The notes: generated by a model not told the origin, from the letters alone. Shown: positions 50,193-60,373, counted from the stretch's first letter. The stretch: 64,000 nucleotides of DNA from Alphaproteobacteria bacterium (GCA_947474645.1 CANJJD010000002.1:102745-166744), one strand, 5' to 3'. Program-made: numbers and translations.

Positions 50193-50818
50193 ACCAGCTT
50201 GCCGACGAACCCGGAGATACCGGTCTGGCGGCTGCGCTTCAGCCGCTCGGCATTGAGGATCGCCTGGATATCGGCCAGCGCCTTTTCCACATCGCTGTTG
50301 ACCACGACATAGTCATATTCCGGCCAATGGCTGATCTCGTCCGCCGCCTTGGCCATGCGCCCCGCCACGGTTTCATCGCTGTCCTGGGCTCTGGTTTTCA
50401 GGCGCCGTTCCAGCTCGTCATGGCTGGGCGGCAGGATGAAGATGCTGACCAGGTCGTCGCGCTTTTTTTCCTTGAGCTGCTGGGTGCCCTGCCAGTCAAT
50501 GTCGAACAGCACGTCGCGGCCCGCCGACAAGACGTCATTCACAAGATGCGAGGGCGTGCCGTAGCGATTGCCGAACACCGTGGCATGCTCCAGGAACTTG
50601 CCCTGCGCCTGCCAGGCGTCGAACTCTTCGGGCTTGAGGAAGTGATAATCCGTGCCGTGCTTTTCGCCCGGACGCATCGGCCGCGTCGTGGCGGACACCG
50701 AAAGCTGGATATTGCCATCACTCTCCAGCAGGCGGCGCGACAGGGTGGTTTTTCCCGCGCCGGACGGCGAGGACAGGACCAGCATCAGGCCCCGGCGCGC
50801 GATCTGGTCATTCGACAT
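50189..50818 (-). CDS. gmk: Guanylate kinase
   Basis: SSPSGAGKTT, SATTR.MRPGE, FGN.YGT, DIDWQG, FILPPS. Confidence 0.97.
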   Translation of the reverse strand: MSNDQIARRGLMLVLSSPSGAGKTTLSRRLLESDGNIQLSVSATTRPMRPGEKHGTDYHFLKPEEFDAWQAQGKFLEHATVFGNRYGTPSHLVNDVLSAGRDVLFDIDWQGTQQLKEKKRDDLVSIFILPPSHDELERRLKTRAQDSDETVAGRMAKAADEISHWPEYDYVVVNSDVEKALADIQAILNAERLKRSRQTGISGFVGKLV

Positions 50819-51698
50819 TCTGGGCCTGCTCGCGGAACTGGTCGATCATCGCCTTAAGGGCGAGGCCGGTGCGGGTCAATGCGATGTCGCTGGACTTGGA
50901 GCACAGCGTGTTGGCCTCGCGGTTGAATTCCTGGGACAGGAAATCCAGCTTGCGGCCCACGCCCTTGCCCTCACGGATGAGCGCGCGAGCGTCCTGGACA
51001 TGGGCGGTGAGCCGGTCCAGTTCCTCGCGGATATCGGCCTTGACCGCCAGCAGCGCCACTTCCTGCGCCATGCGGTCGTCGGAAACCGAGCCCGCCTCCA
51101 GCAATTCCTTCACCTGTGCGGCGAGCCGCGCCTTCAGCGCCGCGGGCTGGGCCGCCGCCAGCCGCCCCGCCTCGCCCACCAGTCTTTCGATCTCGTCCAT
51201 CTGCGCGGTCATCAGCGCCGCCAGCTTGGCGCCTTCGCTGCCGCGTTCCTTGGTCAGCCGGTCGAAGGCCGCGGCCAGGCTTTCCAGGATCGCGGCGTCG
51301 CGATGGCCGCGGGTCACCGCATCCATGGGCTCGGCCGCGTCATCGGCCACGATCACGCCCTTGAGCGCCATCAAGCCATCCACCCGCGCCGGTGCCAGCC
51401 CCGTTTCGGCGGCGACCTCGCGCGCAATCCTCACCGCACTGGCCAGGGCGACTGCATCGATGCTGAGGCCGCGCGCGGTTTCGGGCTGTTCGACGGACAG
51501 GGAAATCTGGAAGGCGCCCCGCAGGAAGCGTTCGCCCGCCAGCCGCCGCGCCGGTGCCTCCAGCCCGTCATAGCCCGGCGGGGTGCGCAGCCGCAGGTCC
51601 AGGCCGCGGCCATTGACGCTCTTGGCTTCCCAGCGCCAGCGCAAGCCTTCATGGCTGCCCGTATTGTCGGCAAATCCCGTCATGCTGGCGAATGTCAT
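50808..51698 (-). CDS. yicC: YicC/YloC family endoribonuclease
   Basis: SMTGF, SVN.R.LD, K.DI.EELDRL, GRKLDFL.QEFNREANTLCSK, EQAQNVE. Confidence 0.93.
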   Translation of the reverse strand: MTFASMTGFADNTGSHEGLRWRWEAKSVNGRGLDLRLRTPPGYDGLEAPARRLAGERFLRGAFQISLSVEQPETARGLSIDAVALASAVRIAREVAAETGLAPARVDGLMALKGVIVADDAAEPMDAVTRGHRDAAILESLAAAFDRLTKERGSEGAKLAALMTAQMDEIERLVGEAGRLAAAQPAALKARLAAQVKELLEAGSVSDDRMAQEVALLAVKADIREELDRLTAHVQDARALIREGKGVGRKLDFLSQEFNREANTLCSKSSDIALTRTGLALKAMIDQFREQAQNVE

Positions 51699-51731
51699 GG
51701 TCCAGAACCTAGCGCGCGGGCGCGGGCGCTG

Positions 51732-52835
51732 TCACCTGTGGCGGCGCACGCGTTTCTTGGGGAGTGCAGGCAGCTTGGGCGCCATCGCATCGGGGATCGA
51801 GATGGGCGGATTTTCCAGCCGGTCGTTGACCTCGACCTGGCGGCTCTCCGGCTGAATTTCACTGGCCTGGTTCCGGCGCTCGAAGGCGCGATAGGCGGCG
51901 ACATTGCGCGCCTGCTCGGCGATGGTGGCGGCGAAGGCATGGCCGCCATGGCCGGTGGCGACAAAATACAGGTCGCCATTGGCTTCCGGATTGAGTACCG
52001 CGGCGATGGAATCCTTGCCCGGATTGCAGATCGGGCCGGGCGGCAGCCCCGCGATCACATAGGTGTTGTAGGGCGTGGCGGCGGCCAGCTCGCTGGCGCG
52101 GATGCCGCGGCCCAGCGGATAGCCTTTGGTAAGGTCATAGATGATGGTGGGATCGGTCTGCAGCCGCATGCCAATCTTCAGCCGGTTGACGAAGATCGCG
52201 GCGATATGGCGGCGCTCGCGCGGCAGGGAAGTTTCCTTCTCCACAATCGAGGCCAGGATCAACGCTTCGCGCTGGGACGCCAGCGGCAGGCCGGGCGCGC
52301 GGCTTGCCCATTTCTCCGCCAGGAAGGCGTCGCGCGCCCGCGCCATCTTGGCCAGCAGATGGGCGCGGGTCTCGCCGCGAGTGAACAGATAGGTCTCCGG
52401 CAGCAGGCTGCCTTCCTCCGGCACCGGCCCGGCATCGCCGGTCAGCACGGGATGCTTCTGCACCAGTTTCCAGATCATGTCGCTGGTCAGGCCTTCGGCG
52501 GCGGTCAGCTTGTGCTGGATGGAGCGGCCTTCCACCAGGATGGTGGCGATCGCGCTCAACGAGGCGCGGCTGGGAATGGCAAATTCGCCGGCCTTCATCT
52601 TGCTGGCCAGGCCGCGCAGCCGCAGATCGGCTTCGAACAACAACCCGCTGCGGATCACGCCCTTCTGTTCCAGAAGCTGGGCGATGTCATGGGCGCGGGA
52701 GTGGGGCGCCACCAGGATCACCGTCTCCTCGCCCCAGGGCGCTTGCGGGCCCGGCGCATCCCAGTTGGCCTGAGCCCACAGGGCCGCCCCTGCAGCCATG
52801 ACGCCCAGCACAACCAGTAGAAACAGAAAGCGCAT
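51732..52835 (-). CDS. mltG: Endolytic transglycosylase MltG
   Basis: EGSLLPETY, LASIVEKET, RLQTDPT.IY, YNTY...GLPPGPI.NPG, LYFVA.G.GGH.F. Confidence 0.93.
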   Translation of the reverse strand: MRFLFLLVVLGVMAAGAALWAQANWDAPGPQAPWGEETVILVAPHSRAHDIAQLLEQKGVIRSGLLFEADLRLRGLASKMKAGEFAIPSRASLSAIATILVEGRSIQHKLTAAEGLTSDMIWKLVQKHPVLTGDAGPVPEEGSLLPETYLFTRGETRAHLLAKMARARDAFLAEKWASRAPGLPLASQREALILASIVEKETSLPRERRHIAAIFVNRLKIGMRLQTDPTIIYDLTKGYPLGRGIRASELAAATPYNTYVIAGLPPGPICNPGKDSIAAVLNPEANGDLYFVATGHGGHAFAATIAEQARNVAAYRAFERRNQASEIQPESRQVEVNDRLENPPISIPDAMAPKLPALPKKRVRRHR

Positions 52836-54091
52836 CAAATTTTGGAGAGGATCAGCGCGGCATTGGTGCCGCCGAAGCCGAAGCTGTTGGACATGGCGAC
52901 CTTGACGTCGCGCTTCTGTGCCTTGTGCGGCACCAGGTCCATCGCGGTGGTGACGTCGGGATTGTCCAGATTGATGGTGGGCGGCACGATGCCGTCGCGC
53001 ATGGCCAGCAGGCAGAAGATCGCTTCCACCGAACCGGCCGCGCCCAGCAGATGCCCGATGGACGACTTGGTGGAGGACATGGCGATCTTGGCGGCGGCAT
53101 TGCCCAGGATGCGTTCCACCGCGCCCAGTTCGATGCCGTCGGCCATGGTCGAGGTGCCGTGGGCGTTGACGTAGTCGATGTCGGACGGCGAAATCCCGGC
53201 GCGCTTCATCGCCATCTGCATGGCGCGGTAGCCGCCATCGCCGTCTTCCGACGGCGCGGTGATGTGATAGGCGTCGCCCGACAAGCCATAGCCCTTCACT
53301 TCGCCATAGATTCTGGCGCCGCGCGCCTTGGCATGTTCGTATTCTTCCAGCACCACGATGCCGGCGCCCTCGCCCATCACAAAGCCGTCGCGGTCCTTGT
53401 CATAGGGGCGCGAAGCCTTGGTCGGGGTGTCGTTATAGGCGGTGGAGAGGGCGCGGCAGGCATTGAAGCCGGCGATACCGATGCGGCAGACGGCGCTTTC
53501 GGCGCCGCCGGCAATCATCACGTCGGCATCGTCGAACGCGATCAGCCGGGCGGCATCGCCAATGGCATGCGCGCCGGTGGCGCAGGCGGTGACCACCGCA
53601 TGGTTGGGACCCTTGAAGCCATGCTCGATGGAGACATAGCCCGACACAAGATTGATCAGTCGGCCCGGAATGAAGAAGGGCGACAGGCGGCGGGGGCCCT
53701 TTTCATGCACCAGTATCGAAGCCTGCTCAATCCCGTCCAGCCCGCCGATGCCCGAACCGATCAACACGCCGGTGCGGTACTTGTCCTCGTCGCTTTGTGC
53801 CACCCAGCCGGAATCGGTGACGGCCTGCTTGGCCGCCGCCAGCCCATAGATGATGAAATCATCCATGCGCCTTTGTTCCTTGGCATCCACCCACTGGTCG
53901 GGATTGAACGTCCCGTCCGTGCCATCGCCGCGCGGCACCTGGCAGGCGATGCGCGTCGCCAGGTCGTCGGTCTTGAACTTGGTGATGGCGCTGGCGCCCG
54001 ACTGCCCGGCGAGCAGGCGTGCCCAAGTCTCCTCCACCCCGCAGGCCAGCGGCGTGACAAGACCCAGGCCGGTGACAACGACCCTGCGCAT
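52835..54091 (-). CDS. fabF: 3-oxoacyl-ACP synthase II
   Basis: MRRVVVTGLG, VTACATGAH, NAHGTST, STKS.IGHLLGA, NSFGFGG. Confidence 0.96.
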   Translation of the reverse strand: MRRVVVTGLGLVTPLACGVEETWARLLAGQSGASAITKFKTDDLATRIACQVPRGDGTDGTFNPDQWVDAKEQRRMDDFIIYGLAAAKQAVTDSGWVAQSDEDKYRTGVLIGSGIGGLDGIEQASILVHEKGPRRLSPFFIPGRLINLVSGYVSIEHGFKGPNHAVVTACATGAHAIGDAARLIAFDDADVMIAGGAESAVCRIGIAGFNACRALSTAYNDTPTKASRPYDKDRDGFVMGEGAGIVVLEEYEHAKARGARIYGEVKGYGLSGDAYHITAPSEDGDGGYRAMQMAMKRAGISPSDIDYVNAHGTSTMADGIELGAVERILGNAAAKIAMSSTKSSIGHLLGAAGSVEAIFCLLAMRDGIVPPTINLDNPDVTTAMDLVPHKAQKRDVKVAMSNSFGFGGTNAALILSKI

Positions 54092-54115
54092 AGGGTTAAG
54101 ACCTTTTACGCCGGA

Positions 54116-54355
54116 TCAGGAGGCGTTGGCTTTGTCGATGTACTTGACGGCGTCGCCGACGGTCACGATGGACTCGGCCGCGTCATCGGGAATCTCGATG
54201 CCGAATTCTTCTTCGAACGCCATGACCAGCTCGACGGTGTCGAGGCTGTCGGCGCCCAGATCTTCAATGAAGGACGCGGTATCCGTGACTTTTTCGGCAT
54301 CGACATTGAGATGTTCGACGACGATCTTCTTCACGCGCTCGGCAGTATCGCTCAT
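54116..54355 (-). CDS. acpP: Acyl carrier protein
   Basis: [20 protein letters not shown]. Confidence 0.98.
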   Translation of the reverse strand: MSDTAERVKKIVVEHLNVDAEKVTDTASFIEDLGADSLDTVELVMAFEEEFGIEIPDDAAESIVTVGDAVKYIDKANAS

Positions 54356-54501
54356 GGACTTGTAAGCCTCTCCTAGAATTTAAAACCGGCTAATTGCGGA
54401 AACGCCGGGACCACACAATTGGGTGCTTCGTGAGGTGGCCGGTTAGGTAACATAAACCCTCTAGTCCCGCCAATCTGAAGCTTAAGCTATTGTAATTGCT
54501 A

Positions 54502-55242
54502 TTATATCATCGCCATCCCGCCATTGATATGGATGGTTTCCCCGGTCACATAGGCCGCTTCCTCCGACGCCAGCCAGGCCACGGCGGCGGCAATTTCGCC
54601 CGGCAAGCCCATGCGGCCGGCCGGGATTCGCTGGCTGATCATCTCTTTTTGCTGGTCGGTCAGCACATCGGTCATGGCGGTCTGGATGAAGCCGGGGGCC
54701 ACGGCATTGACGGTGATGTTGCGGGAGGCGACCTCGGCCGCCAGGGATTTGGTCATGCCGACAAGGCCCGCCTTGGCGGCGGCATAATTGCCCTGGCCCG
54801 GATTGCCGGTGGCGCCGACCACGCTGGTGATCTGGATGATGCGGCCCCAGCGCTTTTTCATCATGCCGCGCAGCACGGCGCGGCTCAGGCGGAAGGCGGC
54901 GGTGAGATTGACGGCGATCACCTGGTCCCACTCGTCATCCTTCATGCGCATGAAGAGATTGTCTTTGGTGATGCCGGCATTGTTGACCAGGATGTCGATG
55001 CCGCCGCCCGCCGCTTCTTCCGCCGCCTTGGGCAGGGCCTCGACGGACGCGATGTCGGACAGATTGGCCGGGGCGATGAAGGCACGCGCGCCCAACTCGG
55101 CACGCACGGCTTCCAGCGCTTCGGCACGGGTGCCGGACAAAATTACCGTGGCGCCCTGGCCATGCAGCGCTTTCGCAATCGCGCCGCCGATGCCGCCGGA
55201 GGCGCCGGTAACGAGTGCGGTCTTGCCTGTCAGGTCGAACAT
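54502..55242 (-). CDS. fabG: 3-oxoacyl-ACP reductase
   Basis: TGASGGIG, NNAGITKDNL, GNPGQ.NYAAAK, VAPGFI.T.M. Confidence 0.96.
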   Translation of the reverse strand: MFDLTGKTALVTGASGGIGGAIAKALHGQGATVILSGTRAEALEAVRAELGARAFIAPANLSDIASVEALPKAAEEAAGGGIDILVNNAGITKDNLFMRMKDDEWDQVIAVNLTAAFRLSRAVLRGMMKKRWGRIIQITSVVGATGNPGQGNYAAAKAGLVGMTKSLAAEVASRNITVNAVAPGFIQTAMTDVLTDQQKEMISQRIPAGRMGLPGEIAAAVAWLASEEAAYVTGETIHINGGMAMI

Positions 55243-56186
55243 CAGAGAGCCTTTCCGAAAGCTTCGAGGTCGGCGGGCGTATCCAGTGTGATCATCTGCA
55301 GCGACGGATCAATGCGCTTGACCATGCCGGACAGAACCTTGTTGCCGCCGAACTCCACCGTGGTGTCGATGCCAAGGCTTTTGAGGGCGAGAATGGATTC
55401 GCGCCAGCGCACCCGGCCGGTGACCTGCTCGACCAGCAGCTTGCGGACGGCATCGGGATCGCTGGCTTGCTGCGCGGTGACATTGGCCAGCACCGGCGCG
55501 GCCAGCGGACGGATGGTAACAGCGGCCAGCGCCTGCGCCATCTTGTCGGCGGCGGGCTGCATCAAGGGACAATGGAACGGCGCGGACACCGCCAGCGGCA
55601 GGGCGCGCTTGATGCCATGCGCCTTGGCGATGTCGGGCACGCGCGCCAGGGCGTCGAGGGTACCGGAAATCACCACCTGGCCCGGCGCATTGTCGTTGGC
55701 GACGACGCAGGTGCCGCCGGCAGCGGCGGCTTCCCGGGCGACCTGTTCGGCCTGCTCGATCTCGGCGCCGATCAGGGCGGTCATGCCGCCTTCGCCCACA
55801 GGCACGGCGGACTGCATCGCCTGGCCGCGCGTCTTCAAAAGGCGCGCCGTGTCGGACAGCGAAAAAGCCCCGGCGGCACAGAGCGCGGAATATTCGCCCA
55901 GGCTGTGACCGGCCACCATCTTGGCGTGCTTGCCGACATCCAGCCCCATGTCTTTTTCGAGAATGCGCACCACCGCGATGGAAGCGGCCATGATGGCGGG
56001 TTGGGCGTTCTCGGTGAGTAGCAGATCGGACCCAGGACCTTCCCACATGATTTTGGAAAGCTTCTGGGACAGCGCGTCATCCACTTCCTGGAAGATTTCG
56101 CGCGCGGCCGCGAAGGCATCGGCCAGATCCTTGCCCATGCCGATCTTCTGGCTGCCCTGTCCGGGAAAAATAAAGATGCGAGTCAT
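55242..56186 (-). CDS. fabD: Malonyl-CoA:ACP transacylase
   Basis: FPGQGSQ, GHSLGEYSA, SAPFHC.LM, VTG.VRWRES. Confidence 0.96.
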   Translation of the reverse strand: MTRIFIFPGQGSQKIGMGKDLADAFAAAREIFQEVDDALSQKLSKIMWEGPGSDLLLTENAQPAIMAASIAVVRILEKDMGLDVGKHAKMVAGHSLGEYSALCAAGAFSLSDTARLLKTRGQAMQSAVPVGEGGMTALIGAEIEQAEQVAREAAAAGGTCVVANDNAPGQVVISGTLDALARVPDIAKAHGIKRALPLAVSAPFHCPLMQPAADKMAQALAAVTIRPLAAPVLANVTAQQASDPDAVRKLLVEQVTGRVRWRESILALKSLGIDTTVEFGGNKVLSGMVKRIDPSLQMITLDTPADLEAFGKAL

Positions 56187-56218
56187 GCGGCCAGACAAAT
56201 CAAGAGGGCCCCAAGGAG

Positions 56219-57502
56219 TCAAGGTTGAGTCAAGTTTCGCGGGAAGAATACCCGCCCGATCACCACCACCGACACAGCGGCCAACACCAGCATCCCCGAC
56301 AACAACGCCATGCCGAGGGTGAAGTTGCCGGTCGTCTGTCGGGCCCAGCCCATCAGCGAGGGGCCGAAATAGCCGCCCAGGTTGGAAAAGCTGTTCAGCA
56401 GCGCCAGCCCGCCCGCCGCGGCGGTGCCACGCAGCATCGCGGACGGCAAGGTCCAGAATACCGCCAGCGCCGCATAGATGCCGCTGGCCGCGACGCACAG
56501 CGACAGGATGATCAGGCCGTGATGGGCGAACCACACCGCCCCCACCAGCCCGGCGGCGCCCGCCAGCGCGCCGAAGGCGACATGGCCGGCGCGCTCGCCG
56601 CTGCGATCGCTGGATGCGCCCAGCGCCACCATGGCGCCCATCGCCAGAAGATAGGGCAGCGCGCTGATGAAGCCCGTCTGCAGGTTGGAATAGCCCATCG
56701 CCTTGATCATCTGGGGCAGCCACAGGCCCATGCCATACAGCGCGATGACGATGGAAAAATCCGGGATCATCAAAAGCCAGATGCGCTTATCCAGCAGCAT
56801 CTCCTTCAGGCCGTGGAGCTGGCCCGGCGGCTCGGCGGCCAGGCGCGCGGCGATGATCTGCTTCTCCTCCGGGCTGAGCCATTTCGCCTTGGCCGGACCG
56901 TCGGGCAGCATCCACAAGGTTGCCGCGCCGCATAACAGCGACGGGATGCCTTCCAGGATCATCATCCACTGCCAGCCGGACAGCCCATGCCCCTCGATAC
57001 CCAGCAACCAGCCGGAAAGAGGTCCGCCGATCACCGCCGACAGCGGCACCCCGCCCAGGAACAAGGCAATGAAGCGCGCTCGTGTGGACTGTGGGAACCA
57101 GTAGGTCATGTAGAGGATCATGCCGGGATAGAGCCCGGCTTCCGCCGCGCCCAGCAGGAAGCGCACGATAAAGAAGCTGATGGGCTCGCGGCAGAAGGCG
57201 GTCAGCATGGACAGGATGCCCCAACTGACGCAGATGCGGCACATCCAGATGCGCGCGCCTACCTTTTGCAGCATCAGGTTGGACGGCACCTCGAACAGGA
57301 AATAGCCCAGGAAGAAGATGCCCGCGGCATTGCCATAGACCTGCGGCGAGAAGCCCAGCTCGCGGTTCATCTGCAGGGCTGCGAACGAGATGTTGGAGCG
57401 GTCCAGGAAGGCGACGACATACATCAGCGCCATGAACGGAATCAGCCGCCAGGCGGCGCGCGCCAGGATCTTGTCGGAGCGGGCAAGTTCGCTTGCGTTC
57501 AT
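56219..57502 (-). CDS. MFS transporter, ACS family (TtuB-like)
   Basis: FLDRSNI, EVPSN, GARIWMCRI, AEAG.YPG. Confidence 0.9.
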   Translation of the reverse strand: MNASELARSDKILARAAWRLIPFMALMYVVAFLDRSNISFAALQMNRELGFSPQVYGNAAGIFFLGYFLFEVPSNLMLQKVGARIWMCRICVSWGILSMLTAFCREPISFFIVRFLLGAAEAGLYPGMILYMTYWFPQSTRARFIALFLGGVPLSAVIGGPLSGWLLGIEGHGLSGWQWMMILEGIPSLLCGAATLWMLPDGPAKAKWLSPEEKQIIAARLAAEPPGQLHGLKEMLLDKRIWLLMIPDFSIVIALYGMGLWLPQMIKAMGYSNLQTGFISALPYLLAMGAMVALGASSDRSGERAGHVAFGALAGAAGLVGAVWFAHHGLIILSLCVAASGIYAALAVFWTLPSAMLRGTAAAGGLALLNSFSNLGGYFGPSLMGWARQTTGNFTLGMALLSGMLVLAAVSVVVIGRVFFPRNLTQP

Positions 57503-58767
57503 CACGGCGCGCGGCAATGGCGGGCCAGCACGGCCATGGAGAGCGCCGCCGCCAGCGCGACGCCCATGCACATATACATGCCGATGGTGTAGCTGCCGGT
57601 GGTCTGCAGCAGCCAGCCCATCAGGCCGGGCCCAACAAAGCCCGACAGGTTGGCCACCGAATTGATCAGCGCGAAGGCGCCGGCCACCGCCGAGCCGCCC
57701 AGGAACAGAGGCGGCACCGACCAGAAGGTGGCCAACCCCGAATAGACGCCGCCCGACGCCAGGCAGAAGCCCAGGATCACGATGGCGTCATTGCCGCCGA
57801 TGGCGGCGATGCCAAAACCCACCACCGCCACCAGGGCGGAGATGACGAAATGCGCCGCCCGCTTGCCGGTACGGTCGCTGGACAAGCCGATCACCCACAA
57901 CACCGCCAGCGAGGCGGTATAGGGGATCACCAGGATGTAGCCGGTCTGCTTGATAGTGTAGCCCATGGCATGGACCATCTGCGGCATCCAGAAGCCCAGG
58001 GCATAGATGCCGAACACGATGCAGAAGTCCGGAATGATCAGCGCCCAGACCCGCCAGTCCTTCAGCATGTCGCCAAAGCCGTGCACCTGCGCGCGGGGCT
58101 CGGCGGCCAGCCGCGCCATCACGATGTCTTTCTCCGCCTCCGTCAGGAAGCCGGCCTTGCGCGGATTGTCGGGCAGGCCCCACCAGGCCAGGAAACCCAG
58201 CGCGATGGTGGGAATGCCTTCCAGCAGGTACATCCACTGCCAGCCCTTCAGGCCGTAACCCGCCAGTCCCATCAGCCAGCCCGACAGAGGCGCGCCGATG
58301 ATGTTGGACACCGGAATGCCCATGCAGAAGAGCGCCAGGATGCGCGCCCGCGTCGCCGACGGAAACCAATAGGTGAAATAAAGCAGGATGCCGGGATAGA
58401 AGCCGGCTTCCGCCACGCCCAGCACGAAGCGCAGCAGGAAGAACATCACCGGGCCCTGCACAAAGGCAAACGCCATCGAGACCAGCGCCCAGGTGATCAT
58501 GATGCGCGCCATCCAGATGCGCGCGCCCACCCGTTCCATGATCAGGTTGGAAGGCACTTCGAACACCAGATAGCCCAGGAAGAAGACGCCCGTGCCCCAG
58601 CCGAACACTTCGGGCGAAAAGCCCAGGTCCTGATTCATGGTCAGGGCGGCGAAACCGACATTCACCCGGTTGAGGAAGGCGGCGACGTACATCGCCAGGA
58701 TCAGCGGCACCAAACGCCAGGCGGCGCGGCGCAGGATCGCGTCCGCCTCATGCTGTATCGCTGTCAT
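57502..58767 (-). CDS. MFS transporter, ACS family (TtuB-like), tandem paralogue
   Basis: FLNRVNV, EVPSN, GARIWMARI, AEAGFYPG. Its stop overlaps the next gene's start (ATGA). Confidence 0.9.
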   Translation of the reverse strand: MTAIQHEADAILRRAAWRLVPLILAMYVAAFLNRVNVGFAALTMNQDLGFSPEVFGWGTGVFFLGYLVFEVPSNLIMERVGARIWMARIMITWALVSMAFAFVQGPVMFFLLRFVLGVAEAGFYPGILLYFTYWFPSATRARILALFCMGIPVSNIIGAPLSGWLMGLAGYGLKGWQWMYLLEGIPTIALGFLAWWGLPDNPRKAGFLTEAEKDIVMARLAAEPRAQVHGFGDMLKDWRVWALIIPDFCIVFGIYALGFWMPQMVHAMGYTIKQTGYILVIPYTASLAVLWVIGLSSDRTGKRAAHFVISALVAVVGFGIAAIGGNDAIVILGFCLASGGVYSGLATFWSVPPLFLGGSAVAGAFALINSVANLSGFVGPGLMGWLLQTTGSYTIGMYMCMGVALAAALSMAVLARHCRAP

Positions 58768-58888
58768 TGCCCCTTGCGCCCCAACGCTTTTGGCCACCGT
58801 CGCATCGTCTTTGCGGGCGGTCCAGTACCCCGGAATGCCCGTCCGGGCCAGGCTTAAGAGCCTGCCCGGCCTGGGTTTTTCCTGGTCC

Positions 58889-58917
58889 TTGCCCTGGTGC
58901 GGCCTTTTCTCTATAGA
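58889..58917 (+). promoter_or_regulatory. Sigma70-type promoter of rpsF-rpsR-rplI
   Basis: TTGCCC-N17-TATAGA about 135 nt upstream of the rpsF ATG. Confidence 0.6.
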
Positions 58918-59051
58918 CCCGCCCTTCACGGCTGCGGTCGTCAGGAGCCTCCTTGTGGAGGTAGCGCATGGTGCGCGGTCCCGGCGAGCCAAGGCGAAGC
59001 GGCGGGACCCTCCCCGCGCCTCGTTCCGCAGTCAAAGGAAAGGGAAGCAAG

Positions 59052-59423
59052 ATGGCTCTTTATGAGCATCTTCTGATCGCGCGCCAGGATATCAGCGCGC
59101 AACAGGTGGACGCACTGGCCACCCATCTCAAGACCATCGTCGAAGGCGAAGGCGGCAAGATCGAGAAGCAGGAATATTGGGGCCTGCGCGGACTTGCCTA
59201 TCGCATCAAGAAGAACCGCAAGGGCCATTACGTCCTGCTGAACATCAACGCGCCGTCCAACGCCGTGGTCGAGCTGGAACGCCAGCTCAAGATCAACGAA
59301 GACGTGCTGCGCTACATCACCGTCAAGGTGGACCAGTTCGACACTTCGTCGAGCAAGGCCCGCCGCGACGACAAGCCCGAAGGCGCCAAGCCCGAAGGCG
59401 AAGCCGAGGAGATCCTGGTATGA
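59052..59423 (+). CDS. rpsF: 30S ribosomal protein S6
   Basis: [37 protein letters not shown]. Confidence 0.97.
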   Translation: MALYEHLLIARQDISAQQVDALATHLKTIVEGEGGKIEKQEYWGLRGLAYRIKKNRKGHYVLLNINAPSNAVVELERQLKINEDVLRYITVKVDQFDTSSSKARRDDKPEGAKPEGEAEEILV

Positions 59424-59755
59424 GCTACGGTGGAAATCGTGACGGTGGCCGCGAAGGCGGCCGTGGTGGCGACCGCGAAGGCGGCCGTGGCGGCGACCGC
59501 GAAGGCGGCCGCGGCGGACGCGAGGACGGCGCCCGCCGTCCCTTCTTCCGCCGCAAGAAGACCTGCCCCTTCTCGGGCGATAACGCCCCCAAGATCGACT
59601 ACAAGGACGTCAAGCTCCTGCAGCGCTTCATTTCCGAGCGCGGCAAGATCGTGCCGTCGCGCATTACCGCGGTCAGCAACAAGAAGCAGCGCATTTTGGC
59701 CAACGCCATCAAGCGCGCCCGCTTCATGGCGCTGCTGCCCTATGTCGTGAAGTAG
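59420..59755 (+). CDS. rpsR: 30S ribosomal protein S18 with RGG-rich N-terminal extension
   Basis: [47 protein letters not shown]. Missed by the ORF track; ATG 59420, TAG ends 59755. Confidence 0.96.
   Translation: MSYGGNRDGGREGGRGGDREGGRGGDREGGRGGREDGARRPFFRRKKTCPFSGDNAPKIDYKDVKLLQRFISERGKIVPSRITAVSNKKQRILANAIKRARFMALLPYVVK
59450..59521 (+). repeat. Three copies of a 24-bp tandem repeat encoding REGGRGG(D/R)
   Basis: CGCGAAGGCGGCCGYGGYGGMSRC units at 59450, 59474 and 59498. Confidence 0.9.
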
Positions 59756-59765
59756 GAGAACCACC

Positions 59766-60353
59766 ATGCAAGTGATCCTGCTCGAACGCGTCGAAAAGCT
59801 CGGCCAGATGGGCGATGAAGTGAAGGTGAAGGACGGCTTCGCCCGCAACTTCCTGTTGCCCAAGAAGAAGGCGTTGCGCGCCACCAAGGCGAACCGCGAA
59901 TACTTCCAGGGCCAGAAGGCCCAGCTGGAAGCCAACAACCTCAAGCTGAAGGGCGAGGCCGAGAAGATCGGCAACAAGCTCGACGGCCAGAAGTTCGTCC
60001 TGATCCGCCAGGCTGGCGATCGCGGCCAGCTTTATGGCTCGGTCAGCCCCCGCGACATCGCCGATGTCATGGAAAAGGGCGGCTTCAAGGTGGACCGCCA
60101 CCAGGTCTCGATCAGCGTGGCGATCAAGTCCATCGGCCTGTTCACCATTCCGGTGGTGCTGCATCCCGAAGTGAAGGTGAACATCACCATCAACGTCGCC
60201 CGCAGCGAAGACGAAGCCGCCGCCCTGGCGCGCGGTGAGGACGTGCTGGCCGCCAAGACCGAAGCCGAGGAAGCCGCTATGGCCGCCGAGGAACTGTTTG
60301 AAGCCGGCGCCGCACCCAAGGCCGAAGGCGAAGAAGAAGCCGAGGAAGCCTGA
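59766..60353 (+). CDS. rplI: 50S ribosomal protein L9
   Basis: [36 protein letters not shown]. Confidence 0.97.
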   Translation: MQVILLERVEKLGQMGDEVKVKDGFARNFLLPKKKALRATKANREYFQGQKAQLEANNLKLKGEAEKIGNKLDGQKFVLIRQAGDRGQLYGSVSPRDIADVMEKGGFKVDRHQVSISVAIKSIGLFTIPVVLHPEVKVNITINVARSEDEAAALARGEDVLAAKTEAEEAAMAAEELFEAGAAPKAEGEEEAEEA

Positions 60354-60373
60354 TTTCTTCGACAGACGAAATG

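Noticed and set aside
59450-59521. Direct repeats as a CRISPR array
   Set aside because: Contiguous in-frame coding repeats with no spacers and no cas genes.
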